The notes under the pieces: generated by a model | Database searches by the model: none | The model's input: only the letters and a program-made list of their open reading frames with translations | Told to the model about the DNA's origin: nothing | Position numbers and translations under genes: made by a program | Origin: a virus | IMG/VR virus record: IMGVR_UViG_3300023109_000021 | Location: 6,803-70,802 of that record | Length of the DNA: 64,000 nt | Strand: one strand, 5' to 3' | Shown: in pieces, positions 48,022 through 58,062 of the stretch | How positions within the stretch are numbered: position 1 is the stretch's first letter | Layout: every line of letters starts with the position of its first letter

Positions 48022-49263
48022 ATGTCTTACTCTGAAGATTTACTTGTCCAGTTAAAATCATTACTAGCTTGGAAGAAAAGTAAAAAGTTTTATGCTGATA
48101 AATTAAATATTACAGAAGATGAAGTAAATGAGTTACTGAAAGAAATAAAAAAGCAAGATGAAGATCCTGCAGAAAACTTTATTAAAGAGGCTGGTAAACT
48201 TAATGAGCAAATTGAGTTTGTAAAAAAAGTAAACAATGAAAAGGGAACAATAGAGAGCACAATAACTCTTGACTTTGAGCCAAAGAATGATATAGAGCTA
48301 GCAGAGTTACACAAGATAGATTTAGAAAAGTATATAATTACTAACTATTGGTCTAAAGTTCTACCTACTGGAAAGTTTACATCTTCTATCTTTTCTAAAA
48401 GAAAAGGTCCACAAGATTACACAGCTGATGATTTCAGCAAGTTCTTAGAGAACTATAAATCAAACTACATTCCTATTCCTGCTCCTGAGATGGAGCTAAA
48501 ACCTCTGGTAGATATTGAGTTATCTTTATCAGATTATCACTTAGCTAAAAGATATGTTGATGGAGATAATGATCCACAAACTAGAGCTAATAGATTTGTG
48601 CAAATAGCAGAAGCTTTAACTCATAAAGTTAGATCTATTTATAATATAAATAAAGTGGTGTTTCCTATATCTAATGATTTCTTTCATACAGATAATTATC
48701 AGAACACTACAACTAATGGTACTCCTCAAGATATAATATTAGATTATGCATCAGAGTACGAGATGGGATTTAATCTTTTAGTAGATACTATTAAAATGTT
48801 AAAGACCAATTCTAAACATGTTGAGGTTATTTTAGTACAAGGTAATCACGATAGAACTAAATCATATTACTTAGCCCATGCGCTAGATATATTCTTTAAA
48901 AAAGATGATAATATATCATTTGTTAGAGAAGAAGGATTGATTAAAGCAACTGTAGTGGGTAATACGTTTATTGGATTCCATCATGGTAACTGTAAGATTG
49001 ATGCCTTACCTTTACTATTTGCTACACATCCAACTTATAGTAAGTGGTTTGGAGATGCTACGTATAGAGAAGTTCATACAGGTGACAAGCATCATTATAT
49101 GGCAAAGGAAATAAAAGGAGTTAGGATACAACAAATGCCTAGTTTATCTGGAACAGATAGGTGGCATAAAGATAATAATTTTGTACATAGTGTACGAGCT
49201 GCTCTAGCTTTGGTTTATGATTTTAAAGTAGGCAAAGTAGCTGAATTTGAAGAAAGAATATAA
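48022..49263 (+). CDS. calcineurin-like metallophosphoesterase with N-terminal HTH
   Basis: SDYH, NDFFH, GNHD, HHG and GDKHH motifs; YADKLNITEDEV HTH. Confidence 0.85.
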   Translation: MSYSEDLLVQLKSLLAWKKSKKFYADKLNITEDEVNELLKEIKKQDEDPAENFIKEAGKLNEQIEFVKKVNNEKGTIESTITLDFEPKNDIELAELHKIDLEKYIITNYWSKVLPTGKFTSSIFSKRKGPQDYTADDFSKFLENYKSNYIPIPAPEMELKPLVDIELSLSDYHLAKRYVDGDNDPQTRANRFVQIAEALTHKVRSIYNINKVVFPISNDFFHTDNYQNTTTNGTPQDIILDYASEYEMGFNLLVDTIKMLKTNSKHVEVILVQGNHDRTKSYYLAHALDIFFKKDDNISFVREEGLIKATVVGNTFIGFHHGNCKIDALPLLFATHPTYSKWFGDATYREVHTGDKHHYMAKEIKGVRIQQMPSLSGTDRWHKDNNFVHSVRAALALVYDFKVGKVAEFEERI

Positions 49264-49265
49264 TT

Positions 49266-49994
49266 ATGGCAACATTGAGAAAATTAGTTTCAGATATAAG
49301 ATCTACACATAAGATCTTATCTACTGATGCGCTTATAACTGATAGAGCAATAGCATCTGAAGTTAGAGTTAACGCATTGACTTTAATTAAAAGAGAAACT
49401 AATATAAGAAAACTCTGGGCCAGTGATACTTTATTTACTACTATTCCTTGTTTGGAAATGGTTGAAGTCCCTATATCTGAATGTTGTGAGTTTGCTGATG
49501 AGTGTACAGTTGCAAGAACAAAATATAAACTCCCAAGAATGTCTGAAGGAAATTACCAATATGTAATTCAAGGTGTATATTCTATAAATGCTATGGGAGG
49601 AAAGGGTACTAAATTAAAAGAGATAACAATAAATAGATACTTAAATTTATTAAAGTTACCAATAATTAAAAAGCAAAGTTACTTTTGGATATCTAATGGT
49701 TATATGTACATTAACAATCCTTTATTAAAGTCAATAAGATTAGCTGCTTTATTTGAAGAAGATGTACCTAATGAAATAATGTATCCAGATTGTGATTGTG
49801 GAAGTTCTAGTTATACTGACGAGGATTACTGTAAGAACCCTTTAGATAAAGAGTATGCTCTTCCAGGTTACTTAGAACAACAAGTACTAGCTATGACATC
49901 TACAAAACTTTTATCTACATACTTCCAACTTAAAGATGACATGAGCAATGAAGGTATAGATGGTCAAGCTCCTAATGCACAACCTACTAATTAA
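49266..49994 (+). CDS. putative tail ring protein
   Basis: T.RKLVSDIR...TIPCLEMVEVP...CC...K.LP pattern; crAss-like synteny. Confidence 0.6.
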   Translation: MATLRKLVSDIRSTHKILSTDALITDRAIASEVRVNALTLIKRETNIRKLWASDTLFTTIPCLEMVEVPISECCEFADECTVARTKYKLPRMSEGNYQYVIQGVYSINAMGGKGTKLKEITINRYLNLLKLPIIKKQSYFWISNGYMYINNPLLKSIRLAALFEEDVPNEIMYPDCDCGSSSYTDEDYCKNPLDKEYALPGYLEQQVLAMTSTKLLSTYFQLKDDMSNEGIDGQAPNAQPTN

Positions 49995-50005
49995 AAATTG
50001 TATAA

Positions 50006-50485
50006 ATGTCTAGAGTCTCTGTGGATTGGAGAAGTGCAAGTAAAGATAACTACAAAGATTTTTGTAAGAATAACCCTCTTGTAAATTTAAACTTTGATGA
50101 GTGGAGAAATATACTCTATACATTTAATGATTCCTTTAAACATCACATACTAGAAACAGGTGAAAAAGAAAAACTTCCCTGTGGGTTTGGAGACTTCTCA
50201 ATAAATAAGAAGAAAAGAAGAAAAGTTAAAGGAGTAGGAGGAAAAGAGTTTATCAATCTTCCTATTGATTGGCAAAAAACTAAAGAGAAAGGTAAAGTTA
50301 TATACAACTTTAATTATCATACTGAAGGATATTTCTTTGGATGGTTATGGTTTAAAGAGTCTGCAAGATTTAGAAATGCAGACCTTTGGTATTTTAAACC
50401 ATCTAGAGACACATCAAGATTACTATCTCATTATATAAAAACTGATAAAAAGTACCAACATACGTACAACGAATGGAAAAAATAA
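50006..50485 (+). CDS. HU/IHF-like protein (crAss-like)
   Basis: KLPCGFGDFSINKKK and IDWQKTK; located before the tail tubular gene. Confidence 0.7.
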   Translation: MSRVSVDWRSASKDNYKDFCKNNPLVNLNFDEWRNILYTFNDSFKHHILETGEKEKLPCGFGDFSINKKKRRKVKGVGGKEFINLPIDWQKTKEKGKVIYNFNYHTEGYFFGWLWFKESARFRNADLWYFKPSRDTSRLLSHYIKTDKKYQHTYNEWKK

Positions 50486-50488
50486 GTT

Positions 50489-51463
50489 ATGTCATACTAT
50501 TATAAATATAATTTCGTATCACCAGAGCCTCTATATGCAACTGTAAAAGAAGAACTTAAAAGTTACTTTGATACTGGTGCAGTAGATGATTTGTTATTCC
50601 CTACATATTTAGACAAATGTTTAAAGAAGCTGGGAAGAACTACTTACATAATTAGTGAACAAGTTTTATTTATAGAAGACTTTGAAGCAAGATTACCAGA
50701 TAACTTTCATGCAGTTAGAGAAGCGTGGATGTGTACATCTATACCAGGCAACCCTTATCCTTCTGCTACATCATTTTATTCACAAGCAGCTAACGCAACA
50801 ACAATACAAATATCTCCACTAACAATAGGAGGAACTCCTTGTAATAATCCTGAGTGTCAACATCCAAGTTGTGATGGTACGTGTATGCCTGAATTAGTTC
50901 AAGCTGTATACAAAACAAACAATGAAATAGCTAGATCATATAGACATAGCTATTTATTAAAACCAGGAAATATATCTACTAGAAAACAATGCGATGTAAA
51001 TTATAGAAGTGACTGGAACAATTTTGCTCCACCAGTTCGTGAGTTTACTCCTGGTTCTGCTACTTATGATTCTTTTGATATTAGAGACAATAAGTTTGTC
51101 ACTAATTTTAGAAATGGTGTAGTTCATTTATTGTTTTATTCTGCTGAGTATGATGATATAGGTAACCAATTGGTTCCTGATAACTATCGTATAGCTGAAT
51201 ATGTAGAAGCTTTTATTAAATTTAAAGTGTTTGAAATATTAACTAATCAAACAAATGATGAAACTTTTAATCAGCTTCAACAGAAGTTAGCATACTATAA
51301 GCAGGAATATAATGAAAAATATATAGAGGCAGAGATTGAGGTTAAAAAACAAACACCTTGGGAAAAGCAAAGAAGAATTAAAAAAGATTTAAACAGGTTC
51401 AATATGTATGAGTTACCTAATCGAACCAATAGATACGGAAGTAGAAGAAGACGCAATAATTAA
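50489..51463 (+). CDS. tail tubular / ring protein (P22 gp4-like)
   Basis: ARLPDNF, TNFRNG.V.L.FY and VPDN; precedes the muzzle gene. Confidence 0.7.
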   Translation: MSYYYKYNFVSPEPLYATVKEELKSYFDTGAVDDLLFPTYLDKCLKKLGRTTYIISEQVLFIEDFEARLPDNFHAVREAWMCTSIPGNPYPSATSFYSQAANATTIQISPLTIGGTPCNNPECQHPSCDGTCMPELVQAVYKTNNEIARSYRHSYLLKPGNISTRKQCDVNYRSDWNNFAPPVREFTPGSATYDSFDIRDNKFVTNFRNGVVHLLFYSAEYDDIGNQLVPDNYRIAEYVEAFIKFKVFEILTNQTNDETFNQLQQKLAYYKQEYNEKYIEAEIEVKKQTPWEKQRRIKKDLNRFNMYELPNRTNRYGSRRRRNN

Positions 51464-51468
51464 GAACT

Positions 51469-54400
51469 ATGGCTAAAGATCAATCAAATGGTACTTCTGG
51501 GACATCTGGAAACTCAAGAAGAACCAATATAACGATGAACTCTGCAACTGCTAGAACAGGATTAAATCTAGACAGTTCAATCAATCAGGTTGGTCCTGGA
51601 AGGCTTACGTATGCTTTAAATGCTGCTATAGAAAACTTTGACTCTAGTTCTGTTAATTATCAGAATGAGCCAGGTAATGAGTTATGTCTTGTTTTTACTA
51701 CTGGTTATAAATTAATTGGGGAACATTTTATTCCAGAAAAAAGAAAGAATATTTTCTTTTTATCAAACCCTGACACAGGAGGAAGTGAGATAGGATACAT
51801 GGATAATAATGATTGTGTATATCGTGTATTAGTTAATGCACCTTGTTTAAACTTTAACACACAGCATCCTATTCCTAAAATTGTACACAGAATAACTAAT
51901 TGTACAACAGAGATATACTGGACAGACGGAATTAACTCTAGAAGATACCTAGATATAGAAAACATTCCTTATAAACTTATAGCAGGAACACCTAGTTGTG
52001 ATCCTGTATATGGTAATGAATTAGATTGTAACCAAATTAAATTACAACCTAATTTTTCCATACCTTCTTTAGAAGTTTCCAAAGTTGAAAATGTAGGATC
52101 TTTAGTTGCAGGAACTTATCAGTTTGCAGTTCAATACGCAGATGCAAGTGGTAATGAACTTACATCGTACTACTCTGTAACAAACCCAACACCTATTGCT
52201 GATGAGTTTGTAACAACAGTAAACTTTGACTATCCTGTTGGAAAGTCTATTGTTATAAGTGTAAATGATTTAGATATAACAGGGCAGTTTCAGTACTTTA
52301 ATTTAGCTGTAATAAAAACTATTAATAATATAAGCTCTGCTGAATTAGTAGGTACTTATAATATTGAAGAATCCTTTAAAGATATTACTTATACAGGAGC
52401 AGATCAAACACCTATTCAATTAGCAATGATTGATATTTTTGAAAAGTTTCCATATTATGATATAGCTCAAGATGTTACAGCTGTGCAAGATGTTCTTGTA
52501 TGGGACAACCTTACATCTATTGATAGAATTAATTATCAGTCTATTGCAAGTCAAATAAACCTTAAGTGGGAGACATATAGAATTCCAGCAAGTGAAAACT
52601 ATGCAGATGAACTAAATGCTACTCACTTACGTGGGTACATGCGTGATGAGGTATATGCATTTGAAATAGTATTCTTACTACGAAACGGTAAACAAACAGA
52701 TGGTTTTCATATTCCAGGTAGAGAAGTTAATCAACCTGTAGACAACCCTCAAGATATACCAAGTACAAATAGTGATTTTATTGGTGAACCTGATTACTAT
52801 ATAGGTGATGTAGGATATAAATCATATTGGAAAGTTTATAATACAGCAACAGTTTCTGAGTTTTCTTCAGGTTATGATTCTACAGATACAAGTTATAAAG
52901 GACCTTATCAATATGGTGAATTTGCATTTTGGGAATCTACAGAAGAATACCCTTGTCAAGATGATGTGTGGGGAAATTTAGCTGGACAAAAAATTAGACA
53001 TCATAAATTTCCAGATGTTTTAGTTAGCCCTATTATTGAGAACGGTCAAATTGTTTATGATAATGATCAGATTGTACCTACTATACAAGATGATGCAGTA
53101 TTTCCATTAGGTGTTCGCATTAGTAATAGTGAACTTAATTCATTAATTTCTACGTCTGATTTATCAGATGATTTAAAAGATAATATTGTTGGATATAAGA
53201 TTATAAGAGCAGACAGAGGAACTAATAAGTCTGTGATAGCAAAGGGTATGCTCAGGAATGTAAACACGTACACTCGAGATGATCAAGAATATTATTATCC
53301 AAATTATCCTTATAATGATTTAGGGGTTGATCCTTATGTATCAGCATCTAATAACGCTTGGACTGATGAATCAGAACCTTGGTTACTATATTTACCTTCA
53401 ACTGAAACAATATTCTCTTGGGAGGATTTTCTTGGTGGTGGTAGTGGATTTATTGAAATTACAATAAATGATGAGCAAGGAGTATATGAATATACAAGCG
53501 CAGCAAATGGTAGAGTTGCACAAGCAGCTATTGAATTAGACACACAGATTGAAATATGTTCTCTTACAAGACCAACTGCTCTTCTTGGTAGGATTCTAAT
53601 AGGCCCTGGTAATTATGACGTGTGGGCAGTGTCCGCACCAAACTGTGGAAGTTGGGGAGTTGACTGGTATGATCCTTTTACAGATGATAATAGTGCAGAG
53701 ATTTATAAGAAAAAATGGTTAAAGGGTTGGATTTGTTTTTGTTCTGCAGCTAATGACCAACATTTTCCAAGAGTAGCAGTGGGGCAAGAGACAGGTACTT
53801 ATGATGCAGGTACAACATGTTGGGCATGTCCTTGCCAATCTAATAAAAACAGAAATTTACAAGAAGCAATAGAAATGCCTCCTGGAGAAATAACTAATAC
53901 TAAAAAGTCTAGAAGATCTACATTAGGTTGTAAAATAGAACAACCAGTTAAACCAATTACAGAACTAAATGATGAAGAAGGTCTTTCTTATAGACAAATA
54001 TTTAACTCACCAGATACATCTTTTGGACAACCATTCTTAGGAAATGTATTAAAACTTGAAAGTGTAATGTTTGGTGCAGGTAAAGGTCACTTTGCTGAAG
54101 TCAAAGATAATGCTAAATATAAACTTCTTTCTTTAGAAGCACAGCAAGATGCATTAAAGAGCGCTCAAGATGTTGCAGGTCTTACAAATCCTTTTAATAT
54201 AGGTGTAGCATTTACTGTATATCAAACATACTTAACAATATATATAAACGGTATAACTAGAAGAAACTATGCACAGTCATATAACTCTAGAGCTAGTTAT
54301 GATTATTCATTTGATATTGGTAATAATAAATCTGGTAGTGGTAGTGGAACTTCTTTTGTAGGTATTAAACAAAGAGATATTGACTTTGCAAGATACTTAA

Positions 54401-57400
54401 TACCTGGAGTACAATCCCTTGCACCAAATGAATATAATGTAAACAATTGGAATAGAGAAAGCTCAGTGTTTATAAAAACAATTGAGAATAGAGATTTTAC
54501 AAATAATTCTAGTGTAAGTCACATACCTTTTCCAAGTGATACGAATAGTTTGAAAACTCCTTCTGGAGAACCTTCTATTATAGATAAATCAAGATATACT
54601 ATTGGTAGTGCTGGAACATGTGGAACTCCTGAAAAAGAATTTGACCTTTCTGTTGTATCATATTATGCATCAATGAAAAATATTGTAGTTAATCAATACG
54701 GACAGATATACTCTTACAGCACTGTAGACACAGGTTATCAAGTTCCTAAACAAACTGGTGGAACATCAACAGTGTTTGGAGGAGATACATTTATTTCTAG
54801 GTTTGCATATAAAACTAAACTTCCTTTCTTTATTGATAATAGAGTGGGTGCTCCTGTTGATAGTGATGTGTTCTTTGATGAAATTGGAAACATAGCATAT
54901 CCTAGGTTTTGGCATTCTTCAAGATCAATACTAGAAAATGCTGAAATTGATAACACTATAGCTGCAAACTTCTTTTCATATAAAGCTCACAATTTAGATT
55001 GTCCTAATGATCCATCTTCAATAGATCCTATTACAGGAGGTTCTTATAGAACTTTTTATGATGGGTTTATGTATTTATTTGCATACGGTATTCCTAATTT
55101 TTATTGTGAGACTGTATATAATACAGATTTACGTCAAGCATTTAATAATAAAGAAGGAGACTTCTGGCCTCATGTAAGTAGCGGTATTCCTGATGATTGG
55201 TTACAAGAAACAAATGTACCTATTGTTCAAGATAACACATATTATTACAATGTAACATTTTCTAAACAAAACAAAGAAAATGTATTTACACATCTTCCTC
55301 CTGATTGGAAAGAAGATTTATGCTATACGGTGTATCCTTTTAGAGCTATTTATTCTGATGCTGCTACTGCAAGTGCTGATGTTAGGGTAAACAACTGGCT
55401 AGTTTATAGAGCATTATCTTTTCATGATTTTCCACAAAACTATGGGAATCTTACATCATTAGATGGTATTCAAAACAAAGCGATACTTGCACGATTTGAG
55501 AATAAGTCACTATTGTATAACAACTTGCTAACCATTGATACTAGTAATCCTCAAGCGGCTTATATAGGTAACCCTAATCTATTTGATTCATCTCCACCTA
55601 TTGATTTTGCTGAAACAGATCTTGGATATGTAGGAAGTCAGAACAAATTTATGTTGAAGATTCCTCAAGGTCAAATCACTGTAGATGCTAAGAGAGGTCA
55701 AGTGTTTTTAGTGAAAGGTGGTCAGGTGGCAGACCTTACTGGATATGGTTCTGGTGTAAATAGATTTATGACAGATCACTTACCTTTTAAAATATTACAA
55801 CACTTTCCTAATGTAGATACTGACAATCATTTTAATGGTATTGGATTACATGGTGTATATGATAGTAAGTTTGAAAGAATAATTATTACTAAACTTGATT
55901 ACACACCTCTTAGTGATGATATTAAATATAATGAAGAAACAGGAGATTTTTATATTGAGCTAGCAACAGGTGCATCCTCATTTAGTTCAAAGGTACCTAC
56001 ACCAATACAGTCAGTTTGTAATGAGTTTACAAGTTTACCTTTTAATGAAAGTATAAGTGTAAAATATATTCCTTGTGGTACTGAGTGGGTAGTACAAAGT
56101 ATAAATCTTCAATGTGATTTAGAGAATGGAGAGTTTTGTAAACCGCTTGTGTTATGTGCTAGAGAGATTTTATCTTCAAATGTAAGAATGCTTCCAAGTG
56201 GTAATTGTGATATTGATTTAACAACTACAACAACTACTACTGGTAAAGAAGAAATTACAACTTCAACTACTACTACTGTTGAAGATTCAATTGGAGATGA
56301 TACAACAACAACTACTACAACGTATAGAGAGACAGATCCACCAATAAGAATAATTTCTTTAGATGATGAAAGTTATTTCTGTAATAAGTCTTGGACAATG
56401 TCTTTTGATTTTAATAGTAACAGTTGGATATCGTTTCACTCATACCTACCTAATTTTTACGTAGGGGAAAACAATTTTTATTACTCAGGTACAAACACAT
56501 GCTGTGTAACACAAACACCTTTATCAGTAATAGCAGGGCCAGTTAAAAGTCCTTTAATTATTACAACTTCAACCACTACTACAAGTAATCCTTTATTTCC
56601 AACTACAACAACTACTACTACAGTTAAAGATTGTACTATGAAAGGTGGATTCTTTATACCAACAAACTGTGAACTTTCAGGTGGTACTGGAATTATTACT
56701 GTTCCTCCTACTACCACTACAACAATATGTGCAAGACCTTCAACAGTAGTTGAAGAAGTAATATTTGAAGGTTATCAAATAGTTGGACAGTCTGCAGTTA
56801 TAAGTTCTGGAAATGCAAAAGATGCTTGTGCTGCAGCAGGTTTTGTTACACTTACAAGTAATGTTCAAGATCCTACAAATTCCACACTTCCTATTTCTTT
56901 TACCATACAAGTAAATTATAGTTTAGAAGTAGGTCAACAAGCATTCTTAGGAGACGATGGTGATTGCACCCCTGCTCCTGATGGGTGGTATTGGACAAAC
57001 GAAACTTATGGATCTAACAATAGTGTGTTTCAAATATATAATGGAATAATATCTGACATGTACGATTGTAGTTGTGTACAGACAACCACAACTACCACTA
57101 CTGCAGTTCCTTTTATAGAGGAGTGTGATGCTATATTATTTGACATGGGAACTAATAAAATTGGTGCAATTAATAGAAACGCACAAAGTTTAATAAACTT
57201 AACAATTCCTGGATATACAAGTCCTTCGGATATAGCTCTAACGTCAACTAAATTTTGGTCAGTGTCCTCAGATATTAAAGAGTGGGACATTGATCAACTA
57301 GATCCATTTGTGGCAACTGGAAATGAGCTTGCGACTGGTCCTAAAAGAACAATAACTTTACCAATAGGTTTTGGAACAGTAGATTCTATTGTAGCTATAG

Positions 57401-58050
57401 ATGACACAACATTAATTGCTATTGATGATAGTTCTCCAGCAAATGGAATAGAATTAGATATAACAACTTTAGCTGCTACAGGTACAACAAAGTTTACATT
57501 ACAGAATAATAGAGAAGCAATAAGTAATATGTTGTACACTACTAATGGTAGAGTGTTAGTTGTAAATAAAGATACTTTATCATCTATCAATTATATTTCA
57601 GAATATGAATACTCTACTGGAGTTTTAAATACTGAAGTTAATATAGGTTCTGTAGAAGGGAAAGTTCTTTCTGAATATGAAGGTAATATTGTATTATTTA
57701 CAACATTGTTAGAAACATATATTCTTTCACCTGTTGCTCCTTACACTCTTATAGATGGAGGAACTAATCTTTCAGAAACTATAACATCAGGTTCATCAAT
57801 AATGTCATGTGTGTGTAAATCATTAAGTGCAAATACAACAACTACTAGTACTACTGGCGCACCTACCACTACCACTACCACTACAATATCAGCAACCTGT
57901 AATGAGTATGAGGTGACTGGACCAACAGCAATCTATTACACTAATTGCTTCGGTCAACAAGAATCAATATCTGTAGGATCTGGGCAAACCTTAAAAGTTT
58001 GTGCAAGTGTAGCAATACCAGGAGCAACATTAATAGGACCGTGTATATAA
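51469..58050 (+). CDS. tail stabilisation / muzzle protein, N-terminal part, with insertions
   Basis: GLNLD...YALNA, IYWTDG.N..RYLDI, GYMRDEVYAF.IVF, IRHHKFP, GGDTFISRF and WISFHSYLP. Confidence 0.85.
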   Translation: MAKDQSNGTSGTSGNSRRTNITMNSATARTGLNLDSSINQVGPGRLTYALNAAIENFDSSSVNYQNEPGNELCLVFTTGYKLIGEHFIPEKRKNIFFLSNPDTGGSEIGYMDNNDCVYRVLVNAPCLNFNTQHPIPKIVHRITNCTTEIYWTDGINSRRYLDIENIPYKLIAGTPSCDPVYGNELDCNQIKLQPNFSIPSLEVSKVENVGSLVAGTYQFAVQYADASGNELTSYYSVTNPTPIADEFVTTVNFDYPVGKSIVISVNDLDITGQFQYFNLAVIKTINNISSAELVGTYNIEESFKDITYTGADQTPIQLAMIDIFEKFPYYDIAQDVTAVQDVLVWDNLTSIDRINYQSIASQINLKWETYRIPASENYADELNATHLRGYMRDEVYAFEIVFLLRNGKQTDGFHIPGREVNQPVDNPQDIPSTNSDFIGEPDYYIGDVGYKSYWKVYNTATVSEFSSGYDSTDTSYKGPYQYGEFAFWESTEEYPCQDDVWGNLAGQKIRHHKFPDVLVSPIIENGQIVYDNDQIVPTIQDDAVFPLGVRISNSELNSLISTSDLSDDLKDNIVGYKIIRADRGTNKSVIAKGMLRNVNTYTRDDQEYYYPNYPYNDLGVDPYVSASNNAWTDESEPWLLYLPSTETIFSWEDFLGGGSGFIEITINDEQGVYEYTSAANGRVAQAAIELDTQIEICSLTRPTALLGRILIGPGNYDVWAVSAPNCGSWGVDWYDPFTDDNSAEIYKKKWLKGWICFCSAANDQHFPRVAVGQETGTYDAGTTCWACPCQSNKNRNLQEAIEMPPGEITNTKKSRRSTLGCKIEQPVKPITELNDEEGLSYRQIFNSPDTSFGQPFLGNVLKLESVMFGAGKGHFAEVKDNAKYKLLSLEAQQDALKSAQDVAGLTNPFNIGVAFTVYQTYLTIYINGITRRNYAQSYNSRASYDYSFDIGNNKSGSGSGTSFVGIKQRDIDFARYLIPGVQSLAPNEYNVNNWNRESSVFIKTIENRDFTNNSSVSHIPFPSDTNSLKTPSGEPSIIDKSRYTIGSAGTCGTPEKEFDLSVVSYYASMKNIVVNQYGQIYSYSTVDTGYQVPKQTGGTSTVFGGDTFISRFAYKTKLPFFIDNRVGAPVDSDVFFDEIGNIAYPRFWHSSRSILENAEIDNTIAANFFSYKAHNLDCPNDPSSIDPITGGSYRTFYDGFMYLFAYGIPNFYCETVYNTDLRQAFNNKEGDFWPHVSSGIPDDWLQETNVPIVQDNTYYYNVTFSKQNKENVFTHLPPDWKEDLCYTVYPFRAIYSDAATASADVRVNNWLVYRALSFHDFPQNYGNLTSLDGIQNKAILARFENKSLLYNNLLTIDTSNPQAAYIGNPNLFDSSPPIDFAETDLGYVGSQNKFMLKIPQGQITVDAKRGQVFLVKGGQVADLTGYGSGVNRFMTDHLPFKILQHFPNVDTDNHFNGIGLHGVYDSKFERIIITKLDYTPLSDDIKYNEETGDFYIELATGASSFSSKVPTPIQSVCNEFTSLPFNESISVKYIPCGTEWVVQSINLQCDLENGEFCKPLVLCAREILSSNVRMLPSGNCDIDLTTTTTTTGKEEITTSTTTTVEDSIGDDTTTTTTTYRETDPPIRIISLDDESYFCNKSWTMSFDFNSNSWISFHSYLPNFYVGENNFYYSGTNTCCVTQTPLSVIAGPVKSPLIITTSTTTTSNPLFPTTTTTTTVKDCTMKGGFFIPTNCELSGGTGIITVPPTTTTTICARPSTVVEEVIFEGYQIVGQSAVISSGNAKDACAAAGFVTLTSNVQDPTNSTLPISFTIQVNYSLEVGQQAFLGDDGDCTPAPDGWYWTNETYGSNNSVFQIYNGIISDMYDCSCVQTTTTTTTAVPFIEECDAILFDMGTNKIGAINRNAQSLINLTIPGYTSPSDIALTSTKFWSVSSDIKEWDIDQLDPFVATGNELATGPKRTITLPIGFGTVDSIVAIDDTTLIAIDDSSPANGIELDITTLAATGTTKFTLQNNREAISNMLYTTNGRVLVVNKDTLSSINYISEYEYSTGVLNTEVNIGSVEGKVLSEYEGNIVLFTTLLETYILSPVAPYTLIDGGTNLSETITSGSSIMSCVCKSLSANTTTTSTTGAPTTTTTTTISATCNEYEVTGPTAIYYTNCFGQQESISVGSGQTLKVCASVAIPGATLIGPCI

Positions 58051-58062
58051 TAAAATAAACAG

